A DNA stretch of 63,219 nucleotides, filler included, from Octopus bimaculoides (GCF_001194135.2; 6 parts of 6 records of this genome joined end to end with filler, not necessarily neighbours in it); one strand, 5' to 3'; counted from the whole stretch's first letter, positions 13,450 to 26,090 are shown. Program-made: numbers and translations. The notes: generated from the letters alone by a model not told the origin.

Positions 13450-14097
13450 ATTGAGTATATCTATATGATCAATACTTCTAAATATAGAAAAATACAGACT
13501 GCCTTTTGATCAGTCAGATAATAATGTAGGGTGAAACAACAGCAACAATTATACAAAGAGTAATAAATTTAAGGAGTTCCCCCAAAGGAGTATAATACTA
13601 TCGATTTAGGGCTAAATTTGAATTTCTATAAAACAACCTTTTAAGTAAGTTATTTAAGACCAAAGATTTCCATAAAAAGCCAGATAAAGGTTGTTCTGCA
13701 CAAGGATAACATTGTTGTTCCTGACAACAATGGTGGTAAGTGCTATGACTAGTGTGTAGCTTCAACTATGAAAGTATTTGACATTTTGCATTCATATACA
13801 ATGGAAACACAATATGTACTAGATAAAGCTGAGTGGAAACAAAAAACAGAAAGATCAGAATGTTAACAAACAATATGACAGAAGACATTAGAAGTGGAAA
13901 CTGTGTTGGTAAGAGTCAAGTATTTTGAAAAACATTTCACAAATGAATCTGAAATATGAACCAGAATAATGCAAGATAAAGAAATGTGCTCTGCTCGTTT
14001 AGGAAGAGTGGCTGTATGGGACAATTATTTGTTAAGTATTGTCTGTATTTCAAAATGAATTTCAAAATGAAAGTATTCACGAAATACATTCATGTAA

Positions 14098-14265
14098 GTG
14101 CAAGAGTGAATATGTGGTAAGGAGCTTGCTTCTCAACTACATGGTTCTGGGTTCAGTCCCATTGCGTTGCACCTTGGGTAAGTATCTTCTACAATAGCCT
14201 CAGGCCAACCAAAGCCTTGTGAGTGGATTTGGTAGATGGAAGATGAAAGTAGCTTGTTGTATATA
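14098..14265 (+). mobile_element. tRNA-derived SINE head (octopus type A)
   Basis: GTGGTAAG...GGGTTCAGTCCC A/B-box-like head followed by GCACCTTGGG...CCAAAGCCTTGTGAGTGGATTTGGTAG, recurring many times in the window. Confidence 0.8.
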
Positions 14266-14267
14266 TA

Positions 14268-14338
<71 letters not shown>

Positions 14339-14499
14339 CAATAAGAAAATGGAGGAGAATATGCGGTATCCATCGACTTGCAGACAGTGTATTCCATTGA
14401 ATTAATTTGTTTATTTTGTAACTAAAATGACAAAAACCACAATATACAGATGTTTATGACATACCATGTCATATTAACAATTAAAGTTACAAATATAAA

Positions 14500-16316
14500 G
14501 TACATTTAGCATCCCTGAATTAACTGGCGGTCTATATAGAGACAACGCACTATTTTTGGTTGAAAACATTTCGAATAGGCGTCTCGAATTACTTAAAAAA
14601 CATCTACACAAATTCTTTAATAGGTTTGGCCTGTCCATATCTATTGAAAAGGAAAACTATTCTACAAATTATTTAGATGTAAATTGCAACCTAAATACTG
14701 GACTACATGAGCCGTATATAAAGGAAAATTCTAATCTAAGGTATATAAATGGTTCTAGTAACCATCCCCAACAAATAAAGAAAGCACTACTACTGAATAT
14801 AAGTAAAAGAATTTCAAACCTCTCCTCTAACGAAGAGATTTTCAATAAACATAAGGAAAGATACAATGTGGCACTAAAAAATGCAGAATATAAGGATAGA
14901 ATAAAATACATCCCCAATAACAATAATAACCAGAATAGTCGGGATGAAACAACTACCCCCAAAAGAAATGATTTTGCCAAATATAGCACTACCAAAAACA
15001 GAAATAAAAACAAAAATAATTGCTGTGACAACAGTAGGGGTAATAATGACATTAGTAATAGTAATTGGAAAAATATTAAAACTGGGTTAAGACAACCAGT
15101 GCAAAATAATAGTAACGAAGGCAATAGGAATAAGAGCATTGCTAATAGAGTTGTTGGTAATGGAGATAATAAGGATGATACTGATAATAATAGTGGACGA
15201 AATAATAACTTTAAAAACAATAGTTGTGATAGGAATGACAGCGGCAGAAACAGTAACATGAAGAATAATACTAAATGCAATATTAGAAAGTATAATACCA
15301 GAAGATCCGCACATAATTTAGGCAACCCTTATAAGGACAATAATGGGGTAGACACTCTGTGGCTAATAATCCCCTTCACCATGCAGATCAAAGATGACAT
15401 AGTAAAAACTATCTTCAGTATAATCAACAAACATTTTGTAAGAGGAAAGAATAAATATTGGGAGTTAATTAGTAAAAAGACAGTAAGAATAGGATATAGC
15501 CTAACACACAACCTGGCTACCATAATCTCCTCAATTAACAATAGAAAGCTAGATAGTTTCTATATAAGTAGGAAAAATAACATAAGCAACACAAACATAT
15601 ATGGCAACAATATTAACTATAATAATGATAATCATGGCAATAGCAATGATGATACTAATACTAATACTGGAAACAATAACATTAACATAAACAACAGAAA
15701 CAACAATAATAATAATAATAATAGTACAAGTAGCAATAGAAGTATTAAGAATAATAATAATGGTAGGAATTCTAACATTGCTAATAACAATAGTATTAGG
15801 AATAACAGTGTCCTGTGGATCAACAGAAACCGAATAAATAGCAATAGCATGGCAAATTTTAACACCAATCACATTAACTATGTGCACCAACGTAAAATTT
15901 GTAATTGTAGAATAAGTGAAAACTGCATGCTCGGAAATAGCTGCATGAAAAAGGAGGTAGTATAACAATGTGTAGTAAATACAAAATATGATAATAGGGT
16001 ATACGTGGGTGCGACTAAAAATAGTATGAAACAAAGACTTAATTATCACAATTATACGTTTAGGAACAGGAACAGAAGAAATTCTACCGGATTAAGTAGC
16101 TACATATGGGAACTCAAAGATAAGGGTATTAACTTTAACCTACACTGGGAAATATTAACATCCGCACCTGCATACAATAATAAAAATAGAAAATGCTTAT
16201 TATGCATAAATGAAATTTTTTTCCTAATTAGGGCCAAAATTCCGCTTAACAATCTGAAGGAACACAACGTTTCATGCCTTGCATTTCCAGAGAATTCAAT
16301 GCTGTGTTCATCTTGA
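14500..16316 (+). mobile_element. Penelope-like retroelement of Naiad/Chlamys type (RT C-terminal half plus GIY-YIG) with Asn-rich inserts
   Basis: One frame contains GLYRDN (14535-14546, YRDD with D to N), NYLDV, YINGSSNHP, KRISNLSSNEEIF, a linker KHF...VRIGYSLTHNLATII, CNCR...C...C, VV* (TAA at 15963), VYVGATKNSMKQRLNYH, TGLSSYIWELK and KCLLCINE. Confidence 0.9.
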
Positions 16317-16589
16317 CACAATCAAAAGCCTTTTTGTAATCAACAAAAGTGATACACAGAGGAGGCTTGTATTTGCTCACTTTTTCTATGAGCTATGCTA
16401 GAGTGAATATGTGATCTATCATACTGTAGTTCTCATGGAAACCTGTTTGCTCTCTTGGCAGTTGGTCGTGGAGGTGTTTTGATACTCTGGTGACTATGAA
16501 CTCTGTAGACAGTTTACAGAGGTGAGACAAAAGGCATAAGGAGCAATAATTTTATAAATTTTCTTTGTCACTCTTTTTATGAAGCAGGG

Positions 16590-17250
16590 TCATATTTGAC
16601 TCTTTCCACAGATAAATTGAAGTATAGAATGAACATTTTCCACAACTCTTCACCTCCATATCATAACATCTCTGTTGTGATACCATCTTTCTCAGGAGCT
16701 TTGTCTGTTTTCAACAGTTTGAGGGCATTTACAATTTCATTGATCAGAATAGGTGGCACTTCTTTTCAGCATTTGTGGTGATGTGGGATTGAGCTTCACT
16801 GATAATTTAAAAAGGTTATGTAAAAGGTTTTGCTTACCTCCTCCATCTTCCTTTTGTACGTCACCATGAGCCCACCCTTATTTTTAAGTACTATTACCCC
16901 TGACTTACAGAGCATCAGCTCTCTCTTGCATAGTTTAAAACTTTTCTTTTTCTCTGTAGCCAACATCAATTTCTTCAGTCTATAATTTTTGAAGTCATTT
17001 CTTAGATGTTGTCTAATCACTTTGCAGAGAACAGAATACTCAATGTGATCTTTTATGTTCCTCTTTGCCATTTTCTGCTTCTCTAGCATTTTCTTTGTCT
17101 CCTCCAAGATTCTTCTGCCAGGCTTCTGCTGGCTTGCAGATTTTTGCTTTCAATATGTAACTTTTAGCTTTCAGGACCAGCAAATTGTAGTCCTCATTGA
17201 GCTCTACAAGTTAACTCCAGATTTCCTTTTTGATAGCTTCCTGTAACGTT
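16590..17250 (-). mobile_element. RTE-clade LINE fragment (APE-RT linker / RT start)
   Basis: EYSVLCKVIRQHLRNDFKNY...; downstream frame gives NEIVNALK...KAPEKDGITTEML. Confidence 0.7.
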
Positions 17251-17929
17251 TCACACCAAAGGCCTTGACACATTGATTATTAAGTTATGCAGAGCCTTTT
17301 TCTCTCTGATTTCATTGATCCTAATCTTTGCCTATAGCAAGAGATGATCACTGCTTGTGTTGAATGGCATCACTACTGATATGAGAGAGAGAGAGAGAGA
17401 GAGAGAAGCTGGTGGTTAGGTAAGTGGCATGCATGAAACTCTTGACACTTGAGTCACTTTGTAACTTCTGTTGATTAAAAATATTTTTGTGAATGTATGT
17501 GGTTTGTATATGTGTGTGTGTATACACACACACACACACACACACATACATACACATATGTTAAAACAGGAGAGTGGAAAAAGTTTTTGATATCATTTAT
17601 TCACCATTATACATTTCATTTGCTAATAGAAGTTACAAAACTGTATGCATAGGATAAACATGTAAGAAATTTCTTATTTCAAATTCTTCAGACAGAATCA
17701 AATAACACAAAATTTACATTTAGATGAAGCGTTTATATAGAGTTAGTAATCAAGAGTTGTACAGATATCTGGAAGGTAGAATAAAGAGGAAACCTAGTAG
17801 TACAGAGAGGAGAGAGAGGATTAGGGATTGAAGCAATAAGTGTATATACATATACACACATATATCAATGTACATACATACACCTTCATACAGACAAACA
17901 TATATGTATATATGTATGCATGTATGTAA

Positions 17930-18060
<131 letters not shown>

Positions 18061-18061
18061 A

Positions 18062-18885
18062 AAAGTTAGTGGTTATAGTGACCAACTAAGGGATAAATAT
18101 CCGTATATACTATTGGTATCTGTTACCTGTATTATCTCCGGGCAATGATGTGCAGGCACACCATACACATAGAGTGGAGATAACAACAGGATAAATAAGA
18201 GTTTATCAGGAACCAATGCAAACAATTAGAAAATGTAGAAAACCACAGATTAACCAACACGTTGATTGGACCACATTTATAGCTTATCTTTTAATACAAA
18301 GCATGACATAACAAAATAGGTGATGTAACATATCTTACAGCTATTACTGATCGGATTACCAAAATGCAGTCTATATATAAGTGCGAGAATAAAATTCTTC
18401 ATCTTCATAGGGCATTTGAATTAAGGCAATAGATCTTCATCAGCGTGAAAAACAAGACCATACAATATGAACAAAAGGAAGAAGGAAAAGGAAAGAAAAT
18501 GTGGCTTAGACAAATAGCCTAGAAGCCCAATATGTTAAGAGCAAATAATTATTTATCATCAGGGCTACAGGGTTGGTAGGTAAAAGCCTAGACTATTTGT
18601 CTAAGCCATATTTTCTTTCCTTTTCCTTCTTCCTTTTGTTCATATTGTATGCTCTTGTTTTTCACTCTGATGAAGATCCGTTGCCTTAATTTGAACGCCC
18701 TATGAAGATGAAGAACTTTATTCTCGCATTCATGTATAGATTGCATTTTGGCAATCCGATCAGTAATGGTCATAAAATGTGTTATGTCACCTATTTTGTT
18801 ATGTCATGCTTTGTATTAAAAGATAAGCTATAAATGTGGTCCAATCGATGTGTTGGTTAATCTGTGGTTTTCTCCAGTTTCTGAT
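18062..18885. repeat. Large inverted repeat, 286-bp arms (18237-18522 / 18588-18873) with 65-bp spacer, probably an inverted Penelope terminal duplication
   Basis: Arms align as reverse complements throughout, with scattered transitions. Both contain CTGATGAAG, and both outward ends run into (TA)n/(CA)n tracts. Confidence 0.85.
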
Positions 18886-19042
18886 TATATATATATATAT
18901 ATATATATATNNNNNNNNNNNNNNNNNNNNNNNNNNNNNNNNNNNNNNNNNNNNTTAATTAATTAANNNNNNNNNNNNNNNNNNNNNNNNNNNNNNNNNN
19001 NNNNNNNNNNAAATATTACTAAGTGACAATTTATACTTTGTA

Positions 19043-19080
19043 TTTCAATATTTCTGGGTTAGAATCCCTTCTTCAGGAAA
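19043..19080 (-). ncRNA. Minimal hammerhead-ribozyme-like motif
   Basis: Reverse complement is TTTC-CTGAAGA-A-GGG-ATTCTAA-CCC-A-GAAA-T-AT-T-GAAA: stem I TTTC/GAAA, palindromic stem III, AUU triplet, and one extra A before GAAA. Confidence 0.5.
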
Positions 19081-20470
19081 TCCTAGGAGAAATGGTGTTG
19101 TGAAAAGGTGTCCTTTCCCCGAAATATTGTAATGCTAGGAGAAATGTATAAACAACTAACTTGTATTATTTCTTATAACATTCATTGTTTTAAATTTAAA
19201 AAGAAATTAAAAACACACACACATACACACACACACACACTTTAAGCATGAATCAATAATTGAACCCCTCTGCAGTTGCTTGTTTTTCTAGAAATAACTG
19301 ACAAATTCTCTCAAGTCACAATCTATTGTCTCAAAAAATGAAAAGAGAAAAGAAAAGAACATCTGAAGATAAAGTCTTCCTTCTTTTAGATCTACAACTT
19401 GCTCCTCTTCCTACAACTCCCGTACATGCTCAATTCACATTGAAGCATTTCCTGCTGTGACGAGAAATTCGTAGAACAAAACCCTTTAGGCCTCCTGCTT
19501 GAGTAGAATAACAGCCAGACAGATCACAATTGAGCTTTGTAGTTTCACTGCCCTGCTAGCCATTCTGCTTTTGTCTAGTGCCATCTTGTTAGAATATTCT
19601 AGGCATGTATTTATAACTGCCTTGCTAGCCGTTTGTACATTCTGGGTACCATTACACATCTATCTTGTCATATATTCATAGTCCTCTCCCCCCACCACTT
19701 TGTGTGTTCAGTTTTCATTTATTATTATCACATTTTCTGAAGCAATTACATCATCAGTTACACCTTTCTGATGGGCTGAGCAAATCTGATTCACTGCATT
19801 TACAACAGGGAGAATAACAAGGGAATTTGCATTGTACAACTCGGACAGAACAAACACCTCAGGGGATATTTTTCTTTCTCCCCAGGAGCACCTTGCTGGT
19901 GTTTGGATCCTATGTTGATGTACTTCAGCAATAGATGTACGCATGCATGGCAGTGCCCCAGCATGGCCACAGCCTTAGGGCTGAAACATATAAAAGAATA
20001 AAAGCATGCATGTGCTCTCTCACACACAAATGCTCCCTTGCTCGCTCTGATTTTTTTTCATCCTCGCATTTTAGCCATAAGACTATAAAATACAGAATGG
20101 ATCAAGTCAGATGCCACCTGTATGTCACTGAATTTAAGTGACAAAAGCTTGAACAATACTTTTGCCTCTCTCTCAGTCACCGTAGAAAGTTCCAGTGACA
20201 AGCATTGCAAGACAACTGGTAACTATTTTGTCTGCAGGTTTTACGTCAGAACATTTTCCTCCTAAAAGAGCTGCCTTCCTTATGGCTTTGTTGAAAATAA
20301 TGTGAGCCTCCTCTCTCCCCTGGGAAATCTATTTAGACTGTAGACAGGATCCTGACAGGTACTACAGCTTTAGGAGCAATAGTACCTCAGGGGTGACTCC
20401 ATGCACCCCAGATATCCAAAACTCCCAAACTGAAGCTTCACCACCACATACAATTTTATATCATACCCAC

Positions 20471-20501
<31 letters not shown>

Positions 20502-21289
20502 TACATACGCATGTAAATCTATGGATTTACACTCCTGTAAATATTCATAATCCAGTGAAGCGATCCCAGGAATTACCCATCGGGTGAATTACAATGGGAT
20601 TGTTCACCCTAAGTAATTCTAGACACTTCTTACGACTCAATGCGGTTAGCCAGATCCCGGATTATAACCGAGTATTCGTATGGTACCTCGCTGGATAATT
20701 TATCCCTATATACTCATTATAAACACCCACACACACACCCACACGGTGTGCCCAAGGAACCACACAACACAGCTTAGTCCAAAACCATGTGGTTGGCAAG
20801 CAAACTTCATGTCCCCTTATTTACATGCGTGTGTGTGTGTGTGTAAGGAAGAGAAATTATGGCCCTTGCTCAATATCAAGGTAGCTTTGTGAATGATTTC
20901 AAGTGCCCTTATAGCTGTGGAGTGGCACAGACCTTCTTGGCTCTCCCCCAAAGGAGGGAGAGAGGACAGCACTAGCACTGAGTTGCCGCTTTCTTTATGG
21001 AGCTCAAAAGGATGAAAGGCGAAACTGGCATAACTGTCTTTGGTACGATTTGAACTCGGAGCATTAGGGAACACAACAGATATCATGACACACTCTCTTC
21101 GATGCACATGCATGCACACATACATGAACCCACACATGCATGCACACATACATACACCCACACATGCATGCACACATACATACACCCACATATGCATGCA
21201 CGCGTACACACACATGCACATGTGCACAACCCACATACACCTAGACTCACATGCACATAAATAGAGGAGAGAGAGAAAGAAAGAGAGAC

Positions 21290-21630
21290 GTAGGGATGTT
21301 TATGTTAAGAAACTTGCTTTGCAAGTTTGCAGCTTTGGGTTCGATCCCACTGCAAGGCACCTTGGGGGCAAGTGTCTTCTACTATAGCCTCAAGTTAACC
21401 AGAGACTGGTGCATAAAGTTTGGCATATGGAAGCACTTCGTGTGTGTGTTGTGCAAGCGGTGTCCTTTGTTTCCAATCTGCTATGAAAACGTGTCTGGTC
21501 GTGAGGAAATATTACCTCACTTGGAAACAGGTAAGGGTCGGTGATAGGAAGAGCATCTAGCTGTAGAAAACTTGTCTTAATTTCATCTGACCCATACAAA
21601 AATGGAAACGTTGACATTAAACAATGAGAA
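21290..21630 (+). mobile_element. tRNA-headed SINE with RTE-type tail (Ceph-SINE-like)
   Basis: GGGTTCGATCCCACTG head, then AGGAAGAGCATCTAGCTGTAGAAAAC and tail. A similar copy lies at 49285-49632. Confidence 0.65.
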
Positions 21631-21649
21631 TGTATATGAGTCATTTGCA

Positions 21650-21948
21650 ACTGATGTCTGTTTGGTCCATGAGGATCCATATAATATTTGGGGGCGAGTC
21701 CTTGTAGCAAAATAGTAAATTGAGCATCCATGGTAGTATTTTCAGGGTTCATGAAAAACTTCTGCTTTAGATGTGTTTATTTTAAGAAACAGTTTGGTTT
21801 CTTTCTCTGATGCTTTACATGGTTCAACCTACACAAATTTTGAAAGAAAAACTAGTTTTTAAACATGGAATGGCTATGGGCATCCACAAGAATAAAATAG
21901 TAATCAAAGGGGTTCATAGATTGAAAAAAAAATGGTTGGGAACCGCTG
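21650..21948 (+). mobile_element. hAT/Charlie-like MITE remnant
   Basis: Ends in GGTTGGGAACCGCTG, the reverse complement of a CAGYGGTTCCCAACC Charlie-type TIR. The 5' TIR is decayed. Confidence 0.4.
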
Positions 21949-22382
21949 AGGTGTATAAACATAAATATGTCACTTCGTAACACTTTTAATCAACCTCTTA
22001 TACAAATATTCTTAACACATACACACACAGTTGTACACATGAACTCACTACACACACAAGCACAAATGCATCCCTACACACACATCCCCCTTTTCTCCTC
22101 CTCCTCTTCCCTCTCCTTAAGTGTTTGTATCTCAAACACATCTCGTGACAACATTCCAAACTGTTTCCTGTTGATCGAGAGAGGAAGTTAACGACTTTCG
22201 TTTCAGTTCTGCATGATGAAAAGGCAGTATTATTTCACTGTAGTCAAACTGGCATTTCTAAAAAAAAAAAAAAAAAAAAAAANNNNNNNNNNNNNNNNNN
22301 NNNNNNNNNNNNNNNNNNNNNNNNNNTTAATTAATTAANNNNNNNNNNNNNNNNNNNNNNNNNNNNNNNNNNNNNNNNNNNN

Positions 22383-23186
22383 ATTATATTATATTATATT
22401 ATATTATATTATATTATATTATATTATATTATATTATATTATATTATATTATATTATATTATATTATATTATATTATATTATATTATATTATATTATAAA
22501 GCGGCTAGTTGGCAGAGTCGTTAACACGCTGGACAAAATGTTTAGTGGTTTTTCGTTCATCTTTACATTCTGAGCTCAAATTCAGTCGAGGTCGACTTCG
22601 CCTTTCATTCTTTCGTGACCGATAAAATAAGTACCAGTTGAGCATTAGAGTCGATGGAATTGACTAGTCTCTCCCTACAAAATTATTGTACCTATAATAG
22701 AAAGGAATATTATATTATATTATATTATATTATATTATATTATATAAGGCAGCGATCTGACAGAATAGTTAGCACGCTGGACAAAATGCTTAGCGGCATT
22801 TCGTCCGTATTTACGCTCTCGGTTTCAATTCCTCCGAGGTCGACTTTGCCTTTCTTCCTTTCGAGGTCGACAAAATAAGTACCAGACAAGCACTGAGGTT
22901 GATGTAATCGATTTACCTCTCTCCCTAACTCGCTGACCTTGTGCCAAAATTTGAAACCAATATTATATTATAATCGTTATATATTATAAGCGTTAGCACA
23001 CTGGACAAAACGTTTAGCGGCATCTCGTCTGTTTTTACTTTCTGAGTTCAAATGCCGCTGAGGTCGATGTAGCTTTTCGTTCTTTCGGGATGAATATAAT
23101 AAGCACCAACTTCGCACTGGGATCGATGTAATTGATAATATTGTTACCCGTGAATCTCTGGCCTTGTGCCTATAGTAGAAAGGTTT
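22383..23186 (+). mobile_element. Three tandem Deu/Nin-domain SINE copies embedded in (ATATT)n
   Basis: Copies at about 22499, 22747 and 22988, each with GAGGTCGACTTTGCCTTTC...GATAAAATAAGTACCAG, separated by ATATT repeats. Confidence 0.8.
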
Positions 23187-23659
23187 GTTATTTTTATTGA
23201 GGTGTTATTTTTATTGCATACTTTTACTACACTGCAGAGAGCAGCTCTATGTGCCACGGGTATGTGCACTATTTTGATTCGGTGCTGTTTTTGTTGTTTT
23301 TTTTGTTGCTTTTTTTAACTGTAGTGAAATTACCCTAAAGAATATGTACGCGTTACTTAGCAATTCTATTTTCTACATGCAATGCACATTTGTTAATCCT
23401 GAGATTTGGATTATGCATCTCTCTGCGTGTTTCATTGTCATTTCCAAAGCACCTATTCTTACAGAGAGTGTTTCTGTTCTCAGACCAAACATTCGGGTTA
23501 TCTCTAATTCCAAATCTTTATATTTACATAGTTTTTCCATTTTCTTCAGAGGGACATTATCGTATATTGAGGCTGATATGACGGTTATGAGGTATTTTTT
23601 TTCCTAGTGGCAAGCACAACATTTGATGCATTAGATCAGGCTTTAGTTATTTCACGATT

Positions 23660-23753
<94 letters not shown>

Positions 23754-23934
23754 TCTCTCACTCTCTCTCTCTCTCTCTTTCTCTCTCTCTATCTATCTAT
23801 CTATCTATCCATCTATCTTTCTCTCCATTTCACAGCTATCAGTTATTGCAGTTTCTGCTTCGTATTTGTTAGCTTCCTTGAAGACAGAAGCAGGTTTTTT
23901 TTTTTTATCTTTTTGTTCATGTTTCATGGCTATT

Positions 23935-25077
23935 TGTGTTAATCTTTCATGATTTTGTACTAGATATTCTACAGTGGACATTTTGCATATTTTGCTTTGT
24001 ATTTGTGGTAAATATAACCTTTCTATATCAAATGTTGGGTAGTGTATTCTAAATGCAGTCGTTATTTTCTTTGTTTTCTTGTCAAGTCTTACGAGTTCGT
24101 TTAGTGCCCAAATGAAAATGTTCAAAACTGCAGCTTATAGCTGGGTCATATAAAACGTTGATATATTTCCTTTTTTTTTTTTTTTTGTATTTAGCTCCGT
24201 TTTAAGTATTAGTTTAATATGTCTATAATATTGCTTCCTTGTTTTTTTACTTTCTTTCATTTGTGCGTGTTCCGCCTTATCTAGTTCATTGATTCACAAA
24301 ATATTTGTATATCTGCAATTGATCTAATTCTCTTATCTGAGTTCCTTAATAGTATAATATTAGTGTCATTTATTTCCCTCTCTTGAAGGTCATCATGGCG
24401 CATTTTCCTAATCCGGATCTCATATTGATTTCTTTGTTAACTCCGTGCTCTGTCTGCTGTAACGTTTCTAGTTGCTTATCATTTGCAGCATCCCACTTTC
24501 GATAACCCACATACAGAGATCGTTAGTTTATTTTCCACTGGATTTGTACCCACTTTCATTTATGCTTAACATGTCAGTTAAAGATACCAATGCCAGTCAG
24601 AAAGGATTGGAAAGAAGAGATCCTCTTGAAATATTCCTCTACTAATCAGGAAGATTTAATTCTTTATAATTCCGTCATTTGTCTGTAACTCAAAACAGTT
24701 TGTCATCTACTCACGAGATATTTCATGTATCTTCTTATTGCTGGTGCAATTTTACTCATGACTAGTGTTTCCAGGATCCACAGTTTTTCGGATTTTTTGT
24801 GTAATAAGTTCAAATTACGCATTCCCCAATCAATAAACCTGATCTAAAAAATACATTTATTTTACTTTTATTATTTGTTAATTTTTATCTTAATTAGTTA
24901 TTTTTTTGTGTTTGATGGTGAAGTTAGAGAGACAACCTGATGTTGATATGGACCGTGCTCCGATGGACTTGTATGTACGCGGAATGAGAACGTTGGATTT
25001 TGTAAATTTTTGTAATACATCCTTTATATTAGGGAAATATAAAGTTTTGAAAGTATTATTCATGAAGTTATCTTATG

Positions 25078-25114
<37 letters not shown>

Positions 25115-25560
25115 GTCGTTGTCGGCTCCTCCACTTTTCCGAGTATTTCTTTCTTTAGTGAAGAAATACTGGTGACGTTGTTGCCATGCACAGTGGTCTT
25201 GAAGATAACCTTTGCGGCACATTTAAAATATGATATGCAAAACAAGGACTGAAACTGGAATGCGCTGTCAACAGCCCGGGTGTTGCTTGAGCTGCGCTTT
25301 CATAGTCGGTCCGTCTGGCATTACTCTCTTCTGTAAGTTCACTCGTTGATATAATTCTTCATCCGTCTCCTGCCATTGGATATTTTGACTATAGATTTTT
25401 TAAAAGTATGCTCCTCTAAATCTACTCAGCTCAGTAAGAACAGACTATCCCTAAGATGGTTTTAGATAGGACGGTATTACTACTAAATCAGGGTTTCAAA
25501 ACTTTCCCTGAACACGATTGATCATTTAGGAGTGTGAGGACTAGGGTCTAAAGAGAGGCC
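23935..25560 (-). mobile_element. R4/Dong-like non-LTR retrotransposon RT, heavily decayed
   Basis: Minus frames give INMRSGLGKCAMMTFKRGK, IRELDQLQIYKYF and WALNELVRLDKKTKKITTAFRIHYPTFDIERLYLP, typical of R4-clade RT C-terminal motifs. There are many stops and frameshifts, and a (TA)n insertion at about 25080-25112. Confidence 0.75.
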
Positions 25561-25645
25561 ACATATTGCATTATCACTCAGTGACAAATACTACTTCTAC
25601 ACAATCTTTGTGCGTAATATATATGTATGTATCTATACATACATA

Positions 25646-25685
<40 letters not shown>

Positions 25686-25846
25686 NNNNNNNNNNNNNNN
25701 NNNNNNNNNNNNNNNNNNNNNNNNNNNNNTTAATTAATTAANNNNNNNNNNNNNNNNNNNNNNNNNNNNNNNNNNNNNNNNNNNNTATATATATATATAT
25801 ATATATACATATATATATACACATATATATATATATATATACACAC

Positions 25847-25877
<31 letters not shown>

Positions 25878-25931
25878 CAAAATAGCTGATAGTTAGCAAG
25901 GTGAGACACACATAAGAAGGAAGGAAACAAA

Positions 25932-25976
25932 GGACCACTGATGAGGTCACAGAAGTGTGACGAAAGAACTCTGGCC
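25932..25976 (+). ncRNA. Minimal type I hammerhead ribozyme with intact core
   Basis: GGACCA-CTGATGA-G-GTCACA-GAAG-TGTGAC-GAAA-G-AA-C-TC-TGGCC: canonical CUGAUGA/GAAA core, 6-bp stem II, 2-bp stem III, CUC triplet and an imperfect stem I. Confidence 0.75.
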
Positions 25977-26090
25977 GAAATAAGATTAAGATTAATGTAA
26001 TATAAAGCTGAAGCAAATTAACACCAAATATACAGTGCGTGTGTTTTTATTGGCTAAACTGGCAATATGACCATCCCCAAGTACAACCTC

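Noticed and set aside
13690-13800. DNIVVPDNNGGK...KVFDIL resembling a Penelope N-terminal motif
   Set aside because: Too short and degenerate to support.
15963-15965. In-frame stop in the Naiad-type ORF as possible selenocysteine readthrough
   Set aside because: The codon is TAA, not TGA, and it falls where Tyr (VVY) is expected; a simple nonsense mutation.
18660-18715. CTGATGAAG in the inverted-repeat arms as an active hammerhead
   Set aside because: The GAAA half and stems II/III cannot be completed in either arm.
18955-18966. TTAATTAATTAA isolated between N runs (also 22327, 25730, 52407, 62063)
   Set aside because: An identical 12-mer with stops in all six frames, always flanked by Ns; a scaffolding placeholder, not biology.
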